64,000 bases of DNA from contig NC_042999.1 in NCBI RefSeq assembly GCF_006345805.1, forward strand, positions 90,024,001 through 90,088,000, written 5' to 3'. The translations under genes were made by a program, and so were the position numbers. Positions within the stretch are counted from its first letter, which is position 1; each line of letters opens with the position of its first letter. Origin of the DNA: Octopus sinensis. Lineage: Eukaryota. Shown piece by piece: positions 10,401 through 20,900 of this stretch. The notes below the pieces were generated by a model. It was given only the letters and a program-made list of their open reading frames with translations. It was not told the DNA's origin and did no database searches.

Positions 10401-13372
10401 AAAACTTTCAGTCAAATGAATTGACCCCAGTACTTATTTTTTTGTTAAGTCTGGCACTTATTCTATCGATCTCTTTTGCCGAACTTCATAGATACAGGGA
10501 TATAAACGCAGCAACACCACTTATCAAGTGGTAGTGGGAGACAGACACACACACACACATATATATGCACAATGGGCTTCTTTCAGTTTCCATCTTACAA
10601 ATCTACTCACAAGGCTTTGGCCAGCCTGAAGTTATTAGTTGAAGGCACTTGCCCAAGGTTCCACATAATGGAACTGAACCCAGAACCATGTGGTTGGGAC
10701 ACAAATGCCTTACCTCAGTCACGTCTGCACCTGTTGATATTTTACATGTATCGTAGTTATTGAATTTAATGTGAAACCATTCTTGATAATAAATACATCA
10801 TACTGATAACATTCTCTGTTTGATCACTCTGACTAAACTTGATCCTTCAGTCAGTAATCAAATTGTAGCCATCTTTATAATTGTTGTTTTGAAGATTTAG
10901 GATTCTGGGTTTTTTCCTCTACCTTTAAGATTTTACAGAGATTCTTGAGAGATACTTGGATATTGCATTGATAAGTAGAGCTACCATGTAGAGACTCTCA
11001 CAAGTTTTATATTTTTATATTTATTTGATGATGCTCTAGATTAACTAAGTCAATTGTGGTATGATTTGAAATCAGAACACTTAGCATCTCATCAATATTA
11101 CTGTTTTATAATTTTGGCTTTAAATCTAGATTGCTAACTTCACTGTCTTATTGGGCTAATAATTGTCTTGTTTTGTACTAAATTTGTTATTCTGAGGTAT
11201 CAGGATTTCCAATATGTGTCCTCGAATTTTAAGTGGCAGAGTCTGGATACTATATTAGGAAGCTAAATAACTGACACAGAACTTCCTTCGATGAGATATA
11301 TGTCTACATTCAGCTAGTTTGGACCAATTTGTTTATGTGATCTTTATTCAAAGTTTCATTTTATTTTGTAAAAGGTTCAAGTTTACTTTTAATAACTGAT
11401 TAAAATGAAGTGTGAAATCCCATTTTGTGGTGCTTTTTTAATTCACTGTAAATAGATTAACTATTTACAGAGTTGGTTTAAAACAAATGAACCAAGTGAG
11501 ATATAGCAAGCTTTTATTTTTTGTTAAATATATTTAATTTTAAAGAAAGATTATTTAAAATATTAATAAGAGAATAACAATCAAGTAATGTTGGAATTAA
11601 GGATTATTATTGGTAAATTTAAAATAAGTAAGAAATCAGGCTTAGAATTTGACCTCATCAATTGTTTACCAGAAAAATGTTTTTAGTGGACTTAACAGAC
11701 TTGATGATTTCAGATATAGAACATTCATAACTTGAAATCTATGAATTACTCAAATGGTTTACTAGACACGGCTAAGAATTCTATTCCTTAAGTGACCCGA
11801 GAGTAACAGTAGTGAAAACATAGTAGCTACAGTAAGCAATGGGTGGAAGAAATTTTAAGATGTTTTCACTATTGATTATAAAGAGCATGTCTCTTTGTAC
11901 AAAAGACAAACTAAATGAAAAGTAGCTCTGAATCTGAGTGGTTGGACATTAAAGCTGAAAGCCCTAGAATGGAATAATGAATGCATGTGCTGTTAGTGTA
12001 GAGTATTTGTAGCAGAGAATAACTATAACCAGAGGTAGTAAAACCTGCTGAACCCTCACATACAAAAATCTAAGATGAGTGATGATAAGTCAGATGTGTC
12101 TACCATGCAGTAAATGTTGATGTAGAAAGTTGAGCATTGAAACCATGACAACAATAACTTTACTGATTAGCAGAAACTATACTTCCACTATTTTACAGTT
12201 AAATTACCAGGTTAGACCAATTTATTACAGTTAAATTACCAAGTCAAGCTGAACAGAGATTTATATTTAACATTGCAGTAATAAAAAGCAGATGCTGGAT
12301 TGATACATTTGGATTGTCATTATTTATTAAATAGCTATCTACATTAAAATGTAGTTGGTATCGACTTTATAACACATAAGGCTTCATGTCAACATGTAAT
12401 GACTTTCAAAGCATTCACTTTTGTTCTTTTGATTTATATTACAGAGATGTACTTGCATAGCAAGTGACCTGATCTGCAATCATGTGCTGGAACGAAAACA
12501 ATTTCAGTATAGAAGGTGTTTATAAGCCATTTAAAAACCGTTAGATTCACTTTAACATTTAAATTTAATTTGCCAAAATATTTTAGTCATTTTGAGACTG
12601 CGACCTGATCACTGACAAAATTCCGGAATTTTGTCAGTGATCAGGTCGTGGTCTTAAAGCAGCGAAAATATTTTGGCAAATTAAATTTAAATGTTGAAGT
12701 GAATCTAACGGTTTTTAAATGGCTTATAAACACCTTCCATGCTGCAATTGTTTTTGATTCATACATTGCTGAAAATTTTATTTTATTAATTGTATAACAA
12801 AATTGAGATTCACTTAGTAATAAAAATTATATTTTTCTTATTCAGATTATTTTGAATGTGATAAAGAGTGGGAATCTTACGATGCATGGGCCAACAGAAT
12901 ATCATCTGAGAGAAAGAGAAAAAAGGAACCATGGAAATATGAGTTCAGTTTTAAGAAAGCTCATAAAAAGTTACACAGAGGGAATTCAAACACACACACT
13001 CAAAATCATGTTTCACGACCTAAAAGAAAACATTCTGAGAGAAAACTCACTGAAGTGGAATTTTTGAGGAATGAAAAGAAATACAAGAAGTTGTTAAATG
13101 GAGACCAGAAGGAAATTCTTTCTTATGATCGCTTTCCTTGGCCAACAGACAGCCAGGGAATATGTCTTTCTTATGAAGGTGTAGAATCTCTTCATATTGA
13201 CAATACATTAGAGAACAAAATGCTGGTCCGAAAACTGCAGCGCCGATGGCATCCTGACAAGTTTATACAGAACTTTGGAAACCGTTTGCTTGAATCAGAT
13301 AGGGACCACATTATTAAACAAATTAATGAAATAGCCAAAGCACTGAACAAAATTAATGAAAAATTAGTTTGA
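4286..13372 (+). CDS. NFKBIL1: NF-kappa-B inhibitor-like protein 1 homologue, 359 aa, join(4286..4482,6332..6447,8225..8349,10126..10240,12846..13372)
   Basis: All introns GT-AG with compatible phases (2,1,0,1), total 1080 nt. Ankyrin-like motifs (GGNLLHMCC, DCNGNLPHHYA), YQDFVQPFL..KNRFGEST, WKNKLE..DEYERSWGRYE, ESYDAWANRI, FPWP and QRRWHPDKFIQ..ALN match the recalled NFKBIL1 layout. Confidence 0.9.
5857..6222 (+). mobile_element. tRNA-derived SINE with Nin-like central domain, internally duplicated
   Basis: ggcgagctggctgaatcgttagc head; gagttcaaattccgccgaggtcgactttgcctttcatcctttcggggtcgataaa occurs twice. Related copies near 18650, 23460, 30300-30480, 44780-45330 and 61103. Confidence 0.8.
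6332..6447 (+). CDS. NFKBIL1: NFKBIL1 coding exon 2 (ankyrin repeat)
   Basis: acag|A acceptor, YLLRKEVDPLQTDCNGNLPHHYAVHQLL.., donor G|gtaagt. Confidence 0.88.
7150..8030 (-). mobile_element. Decayed RTE LINE fragments with an inserted RTE-tail piece (~7650-7780)
   Basis: Minus strand resembles FVDLEK, F.YLG and LLLLVTKDLPL segments seen in the other RTE copies; ggctgggtgcccttcctaatgccaacc tail motif. Confidence 0.55.
8225..8349 (+). CDS. NFKBIL1: NFKBIL1 coding exon 3
   Basis: Pyrimidine tract + ttcag|, VYQDFVQPFLNAFPGGLILKNRFGESTEDLL.., donor CAG|gtaatt. Confidence 0.88.
8750..8927 (-). mobile_element. tRNA-derived SINE, 5' part
   Basis: Same family as 28599-28997 (cagtgggattgaaccaggaaccat). 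Confidence 0.65.
9150..9760 (+). mobile_element. RTE LINE 3' end with tandem hairpin-module 3' UTR and (GAT)n tail
   Basis: ORF end ..EMTRDQDLWKYAVRGKTWQDK*, ~4 copies of gtgccggtggcacgtaaaaagcacc, gttggcgttaggaagggcatccagctgtag motif, gatgatgatgat tail. Confidence 0.8.
10126..10240 (+). CDS. NFKBIL1: NFKBIL1 coding exon 4
   Basis: ctttag|, SADIIDESEYINEAQAWKNKLEDIFEDEYERSWGRYEN, donor G|gtttgt. Confidence 0.85.
10345..10730 (-). mobile_element. tRNA-derived SINE (family of 28599-28997)
   Basis: Shares ttgtttcagtcattagactgcagcc, acttattctatcg.tctcttttgcc and the central (CA)n/(TA)n with that family. Confidence 0.75.
12495..12754. repeat. 260-bp spacerless palindrome (130-bp arms, ~12 mismatches), probable inverted retroelement termini
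   Basis: Symmetry centre aaaattcc|ggaatttt at 12624/12625; arms align without indels. Confidence 0.95.
12630..12680 (+). ncRNA. Degenerate minimal type I hammerhead-like motif (G3:C8 core variant)
   Basis: UUUGUCA-GUGAUCA-G-GUCGU(9 nt)GCAGC-GAAA-AUAU-UU-UGGCAAA; mirror copy on the minus strand at 12569-12619 has G12 mutated. Confidence 0.55.
12846..13372 (+). CDS. NFKBIL1: NFKBIL1 terminal coding exon
   Basis: ttcag|AT acceptor; open frame DYFECDKEWESYDAWANRI..FPWP..QRRWHPDKF..EKLV* ending in TGA at 13370-13372. Confidence 0.92.
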
Positions 13373-13424
13373 AAAGCATGTATTGTGTTGAAATTATTCT
13401 GTTGCTATAACTTCAAACTAACTG

Positions 13425-13485
13425 TAAAATAAAAAATAAAATACTTGAAATGCCTTACTTGTAGGGCGTGCATTAAATAAAATAT
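13425..13485 (+). terminator. Candidate NFKBIL1 polyadenylation signals
   Basis: Three AATAAA hexamers (~13428, 13435, 13477) followed by a T-rich stretch. Confidence 0.4.
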
Positions 13486-14763
13486 TTTATGTATTTGGAT
13501 CGTTTAAAATTTTCTTTATTTTTTACACTTCAGTGATTTTATTTGAATAGGATGGCTTTCACAAATTTGTACCTATTCGAGAAGTGGCAGTGTTGCACAT
13601 TAAACAATCTGCAGCAGACTGACACAAAAGATGCAATCTGCCTTCAAGTGGTACAGCACAAACACTATTGTTCTGGTTAGGAGACAAAGTTTACCTTCTT
13701 GGGAACTGTTTACCGAGTGATGAGAAATGTGGATTGGAAGGAAAAAAAATTTGTTTCATGTGTGTTGTGTAGTGACAAGGAAAATGGGCTACAATTTCAG
13801 TGGCTTGATCTACAGGAGTGCTACTCAAAGAACTGTATCGGTTAAGAAATTATAAGAATATTCTAGAGATACTCTTGGCCAGGGTTGCAACTGAAATGAT
13901 GAGAGAGTTTTTTCAATGATCATCTTACAGACATTGTGGTGGTTTATAAATACCTTTGTCCTTCACTTCCCTGTATGAACCACGTAGCAGTTTTGGTTTT
14001 GTCAGGGATATCTGCTTAGCTGGTTAAGTTGAAGCACATTTGTTACAGCAATAAGCATTGCTCCAACCATTGTTGTGGAACAGTTCACTTAGTTAAACTA
14101 TTAGTTTGGTAATCTGATGATTAGGTTTCAAGATGAGAAAGTGAGCACAAATGTATGGAAAATCAGTGTGTCAAGGAAATAAACAAAAGAGAAAAACTAG
14201 CTGATTTGTGATATGTTCCTTAAATATTAAACCTGAATAATTTCTGGAATTGATTGGCCAAGCTTTCTTTTTCATTATTAACAACTTTACACTTAGAGGT
14301 ATTGCAGAGAAGTTTCCTGTTATGTCCATCAGATAACTAGAAGATGAGCTCCCTGTAAGTCAACAAATATTGAGCTTGCAAGTTTTTATATGGGTGCTTG
14401 ACCTGCTGCAAATAGCAGCTAAAGCTTCACAAGTCATACTCAAATGGCTTTTTTCTTTAAAAAAAATGGGACACTTTGGACAGTGTAAATCCTGACATAG
14501 AAAATGATGGAATGGTCATGATTAAAATGCTTTTAATCATAGGTCTGTTTCATCAAAGTTAAGCAACATTCAATAGTGGGAGGTAAAGGTTTTCACTATG
14601 ATACTGGTGAAACAATACAAACCATTAACCCACTGACTGACACTTTGACACCTCAATTCAAACAACTATAAAACTAATACCAGACACAAAAATCAATTAG
14701 CATAGATATATTTTGTTATACAGTACAACTTTGTATTTTAATGGAAAAAAATTTTCAGGTATA

Positions 14764-15160
14764 AAATAATAATAATAAACATTGTGTACAGTGCTCAGGT
14801 GCACTACAACTCATCTAAAGTGCATATATAATCAGGTGTAGTTTCGACGGATTTCGGAAAGCATGAGGGCCTTAAAGGATGCAGTGTCATGGCAGTCAAC
14901 AACTGACGCAGGCAGTTTATTCCATGCTTCAGCAACTCTGAGCGTGAAGAAATGTTTCCGAAAGTCATGGGAGCGGTGTTGTTTTCTGACTTTGTAGGCA
15001 TGTCCACGTGTGTTAGACACATGGAGATCAAAAAGGTGTTCAGTGTTGTTATTGGTGAGGTGGTTGACAACTTTGTGGGTGTTTACCAAGTCCATCGCAA
15101 GACGCCGGAGCTTCAGTGAATCCATGCCCAGGGAAACAAGGCGCTCAGAATATGGTAGGT
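14764..15160 (-). mobile_element. 5'-truncated CR1-clade LINE 3' end
   Basis: ORF 14832-15125 has the CR1 C-terminal signature TRGH..K......RKHFFTLRVAEAWNKLP..VV.....SFK, then a short UTR and (TTA)n tail. Confidence 0.88.
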
Positions 15161-18100
15161 ATCTTTAACTTTACTTTATGAAAATAGTTAAAATTTATTT
15201 ATTTTTCAAAATGTTCATTAACATTTAATATAAAATTTAGTGGAGGTTTATACTGAACTATTTTAGAATTTTAGTGCCACTTATTCCAGATGCTGAACCC
15301 ATTGCCTTTTGATTATCATCCAAACATTCCTAACCACTAAGCCACATGCCTTCACCAGCTGGACTATCTACAGGAATTGATGATTTGCTCAACAAAAATC
15401 CATGAATTTTGGTTTCTTCTTTCATCTCAAACACCTGAAGTTCTTTACATCAAATAAAAAAAAAAAGGAAACCTAATAGGAATAAGAATACAACTGCTGG
15501 ACAATTCTTAATCTTATATGCAGAGATTTGTGGAATTTAGTCCAGCTTAACTCTACATCCACCACCAGCTAATTACACATAATTCATACATATTCTTTTC
15601 TCTTTGAGATCACTTTTCCAATCCATCTCCTCTAACCATATTACATTGTTCTTGAATAACTCTTGTTCTGTTCCCTTCACTTCCCACTTCGTATTGCATA
15701 TTCTTATAAAATACACCTTTTCTGTCTCATCACTACATACACAGTTACCTACATGCTAAAAAAGCAACCAAGTTTTCAAATGACACCTAACACCTTTTTT
15801 TAAATGATGCATTGGGCTTTGGAGTTTTAAATACACTGTATCTGAATAAAGGATAGTCAAAACTGAACTGCTTATGCTTTTACATATAGATTGTTATTCC
15901 AGTGTATTCAGATGTTTAAGTGCATGTATATTATATATATATGCATGCATGCATATGTGTGTGTGTATGGTTAAGAAGTTTGCTTCTCAACCATGTAGTT
16001 TTTAGGTTAAATCCCACTGTGACACCTTAGGCATGTGCCTTCTAGTATCTATCTATCTATCTCAATTTCACATTTTTTGAATTCTCTATATTAACTATCA
16101 AATTGTTGCCACTAGTAAGAAAGTACTTGTATGCCAGTTGCTATAGGCTTGCAGAGGTCATGAACACTTCCTTTGCAATCATTGTCATTCATACATTAAT
16201 ACATATACCATCATCACTTAAAATTCATCTTCAATGCTAGTAAGAGTCAGATGGTTCAACAGGATCTGATGAGACAGAAGGCTACATTGAACACCTATGT
16301 TTGCTACAGTATGGTTTCTACAGCTGGATGCTCTTCCTAACACCAACCACTTCTCAAAGTGTATTGGGTGATTTTTTTTCTTGTAGAATGGGCACAACGG
16401 AGGTTACCATGTAATTTGTAAGACAAAAAAGTTCCTTCAACTGAGTGGGTTTGTAGCAGAGATTGAAGTGACTTTATATCAGATGTTGAGAGACTAAAAT
16501 ATGATAGCAGGACAAAGAACTGTAGTCTTTTGATTTGTTATACTTAGAAGTTGTAAAGCTCTATAAAATATTAACTGGGCACAGTAATCACAGGAAAAGT
16601 TAAATACTGTGTAACCTAACATAGTATTAGTGGGAAAATGATTTAGCAAAGGAATTGCCTCGAGATGTATGGTCACAATAGATATAGAATGAAGGATATG
16701 AGATGCTGGTGGTTGTGTTGGGTTCGGGCTGCATAAAATGAATGCACAACACTCATGAACAATAAACAGAATTTTATTTCACTGCGCAAAATTTTCTGTG
16801 TTGGCCATGATTTTAAAATGCAACAACAAAATTTACACCCAAGAAGGACGATTCTGCAGCTATTAGAAATAGTTGATTAAGAAGGCTTTGTAATTAAGCT
16901 GCCAAGACAAGGCTTATGTTGGCAAACTGTAGCTGTTGTCTAGGTTAAGTAAAGAGTTGTGAGAATGGCTGCTAAAAGCAGCAAAAATGAGATTATGGTT
17001 AGCATAGCTGCAGGTGACCACAAACTGAAGTTTGGTGCTCAAAACGGGTCTATTTATAAGTTCTAGCAGATACTAGAAAGATGCATTACGTGATGTCTCG
17101 ATCCTATTTGGTCCATAACACGGGAAAAACTGTTTCTAGGCCCTGATTTTAACTTGGTAATTTTGATGATTTGGTTTTGGATTTTGCTACAAAATCAAAT
17201 TGAATCTACCCATCGTACTACAGTGTTTGCCAAGTGCTCTATAAAAATTATTTATTATAATCATTCAGGATCAAAACTTTACAATTGACGAGCCAATAAA
17301 GTTATTCTGACCTGCTAGAAATAATATCAAATAGTGAGATATATTTCATGGCTGAATCTGTAATAAACTGTATCTGAAGAGATGGGATAGTTCATGGTGA
17401 AAATACCTTTGATCAGGGCTGACCTGGGGCTAAACAACAACTTTCCAACAGTTTGAGCACCTTCTAACCTACATTTTTTTTTTCACCAGGGTTGAACCAT
17501 AACTATTACTTATAAACAAATATAAGTATGTAGAGGGATAAAAGTAAACGAACTGTTATACTTTCAATCACGCTCCTTGATAATTTGATCTTTTATACTG
17601 TTAATAATTTTTCTTTCTTTTCTTCTTGTAAAAATATGTTGGTAATAAATTTGCCTCTGATAATAATAAAAAATTAACAAAATATTTATTAAAGGTGAGA
17701 ATATATTGTGACACTAAGGAAAGATAACTGATACTATTTAGAACTGGTCAAAGTAAATAGGAGATTCTCTGTCAGCAAACACCGATAAGGGAGATGACTC
17801 TTATGATTACCGCAACTACCACAAATGTTTTGACCCATGTCAAGTGAGTGATATATTACTTTTTACTCTTCTTCTCTCTATTTCTGCAGCAGTTAATTAC
17901 TTTATTCTCTTGTGTATTCGGGCGTCTTTCTCTTTCTGTAGAAACTATTTACTAAACAATTTAATTGAATTATTTATTAAAATAAAATGTTTAATTTAGA
18001 ATTCAGCAAACAATTCTTTCATGTCCGAGCCATAATAATTGTTATGTTTTTTTACCGTTGATTGTACGATCGTGAACATATAAAGCTAAATTACTGAGGC

Positions 18101-19099
18101 CAAGTACTCTGAATGAACATTTTGACTAATCTTTTTTTTTTCTTCTTTTCTTAAAACTACAGAAATCTCTCCTTTATAATAGTTTGTTTCATTTCCTCTT
18201 CCTATATAACTCAAATATTTCGCCCAGTTTTTTTCCATCTCCTAATTTACGAAGACTTAATTTAACTGCTCCACCCTCACAACGTTAGAGCATCCTACTG
18301 GTTGATTTGACCATTTCCCTTCCAGTACTTCGCTTTAGTCAAAACCTAAATACACTTTTGTGTTTATAAGTTGTGAACATATACACTTCTTACTTGATGT
18401 ATCTATTCTAGTGTATAAAGTGTTACTGTCAACGCACTCCAATGTTATCCATCACTATATGTTTAACTGGTTCCAGATTTATCTGATCTACCGCGGGATG
18501 GTGTTACGTTGTTTTTGTTTGCCTAAATGACTTGTTTGAGTATATTCATGGCTCTCAGTTATCAATTTATATCCTGATACAGACCTAATCTTGATTTTGG
18601 ATAAACTGTTTAACTGGAGTTGCTTTCTTCATCACGGTTCAGCTGCCGTGTCCTATTTAATTGCTGACTTTGTGTCGTATTTTGAGTTCAAATCTCGGTA
18701 TAGTTGACTTCAATTTTTATTCCACCAGAGTTGACAACATAGTACCAGTTGTTGTTTAGGCACAAGTGAACTGTGATTAAGCTGATTCATTCGGTCATAG
18801 TTTGTCTCGGACTTCTTTATCAAGTATCTGTGACTTTCCGTGTTTTAAGACTAAGCTCCGGTTTGAGGAAGATTTAGCTGCTATTTTTAGCAGATCGAGT
18901 TACCACTTAGAAGCGTCTTCATTGGTTCACAAAGTATCAATAAATGAATATAACTTATTTCTATAACCAATTTCAAATATCTCACATTTTTCAAGAGTAG
19001 AGTTTATTAAGCTGACACATATACTATGCATGCTTATATAGAACTGGTATTTCTCTGCTGCATATCATACAACTCATTGTGCCATGAACGTTGAGAGAT

Positions 19100-20900
19100 T
19101 TAGGTGTAAGGTTGGTTAGAATGGTATGTCAGTGTGCGAGAGTTGGGGGACTGTGTTGTAAAGATGAAGAATGGGAAAAGTGATGCATAGTGAAAGTTGG
19201 AGTGCATCAGGGTTATTATTAAGCCCACAACTATTTGTACTTGTGAGTGAGAAGCTGGTTTGAAGTGTAAACGACAGTTTATTTTGATAGTTTGCTGTAT
19301 GCAGATGATATGGTATTAACAGCAGTGTGTGTGGATGGATTGAAGGAGAAGAGGAATGAGTGGAAGAAATGTGTGGAGGGAAAAGGTTTTGAAGGTGAAT
19401 ATTAGAAAGATAGAGGTGATGTCATGTGGTGAGATGGAAAGATTGGGAAGTGGATGTGTGCTGGAAAAGATGGAATGAATTTCGTTAAATATATAATATA
19501 CTCCAGATGGGTTCATCAAAAATGCAGTGATATGAGAGAATTATAAACTAATGTGGCTCCTACACTTGATTATGAGGTGGTATCAAAGAGTTCCAGGACT
19601 AGTTATGTTTAATAAAAAAAATATAAAATAACAAGTTTTAACATCATTTCCTTCAATACAGCAGTCCCAACATTCCTGCCATTTTTGGAATCCGACCTGG
19701 AAGTCATTTTCTGTAAGTGAGTTGAGGACCTTCTGCGTTTCACTCTTGATCTCGACAATGATGTTAAAAGAGTGACCTTTGAGCTGCCTTTTCATCTTGA
19801 GGAAGAGATGGAAGTCTACATGTACTAAATCTGGCATACAGGTTGGGTGCAGAAGCGATACTACCTTGTTTTTGGTGAGAAACTCACAAAAAAAGAGAGC
19901 TTGGTGACAAGGTGCATTATTATCTTGAAGAATCCAGACGTTAAGATTGCCTGCATGGACCCCTACGACAGTACAAAACATCAGCAATGTCATTGATTGT
20001 CCTCTAATAATCCTCATGCACAAGCTGATGAATTTTCTTCATATTTCCAAGGGTGACACTCATGATAGATCTTCCAGGGATGTTCTTTCACTTTTGAAGT
20101 CCTTTGAAACATTGCATATGACCCATTGTCTCATTACCACAAGCTGGCTGAAGCATGCTCAATGTCTCTCCAGCAAACTTCTCAAGTTTAACACAAAATT
20201 TCACGTTGGCTCTTTGTTCCAACTTCCTGTCCATGACAAAAATCACAGACTACAGGATACATGTGATCACAAAAACACAAATTTCACAACTTGCAAAGTA
20301 AACACAGCAATGTCACTTGGCACACTGCCTCATGAAAGTCACTGCTAGATCTCCCTGTACACAGAACCATGTGCTGTCATCTGTTGGCACACTACAGAAC
20401 TAGTTTGGGTATTTTTTTAAATACCACCATGTATGAAAAGAGCTACAGATGAAGAAAATGTTTGATTCTGGAAATTGCTAGAGTAAGATGCATGTGGAAG
20501 AAGTTCCAAGTTCTGAGTAGCATACTAATGAAGATGGGATTTTTACTGAAACTGAGGAGAAAGGTATGTGCTACATGTGTGAGAAGTTCTATGATTTATA
20601 GAAGTGAGGTGTAAGTCATGATCATAGAAGCAGAGAGGAGAGAAAGCTGGAAAGAATAGAAATGAGAATGGTTTGGTAGATGTGCAGAGTGTCATCAAGA
20701 AAGCAGAAGTCAATGAACTGCAAAGGATGATGTGAATTGAGCCAGCAATTTATGTATGCAGAAATGGGATGATATGGCTGAGTCATGCAGTTGGGTGAGA
20801 GGAGTGGTGGAAATGAATGCAGAAAAAAGTAGGAGGAGGACAAGGGATTTCATTGTGAGAAATGTAAAGGATAAAGCAAAATGGAGGAGAGGGTTATTGG
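19100..20900 (+). mobile_element. Old RTE-like LINE remnant interrupted by a mariner element
   Basis: gtgcatcaggg..agccca (VHQG..SP) at ~19203, tatgcagatgat (YADD) at ~19298; RT C-terminal-like sequence resumes after 20433. Confidence 0.55.
19573..20431 (-). mobile_element. Internally deleted mariner (Tc1/mariner) transposon
   Basis: ORF 19583-20023 has DNNAPCH, HPTCMPDLVHVDFHLFLKMKRQLKG and FQKWQECWDCCI (mariner DNA..H and YSPDLAP.D motifs); degenerate TIRs tgaggtggtatcaaagagttccaggactagt / actagtttgggta..ataccaccatg flanked by TA. Confidence 0.85.

Noticed and set aside
12852-13067. 71-aa ORF overlapping the last NFKBIL1 exon
   Set aside because: Alternative frame; the spliced NFKBIL1 frame explains the region.
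16965-17066. 33-codon ORF MAAKSSKNEIMVSIAAGDHK..
   Set aside because: Short, no recognisable homology or splice support.
17365-17415. CTGAAGA...GAAA hammerhead-like spacing
   Set aside because: Stems I and III do not form; part of a dispersed SINE-like tail.
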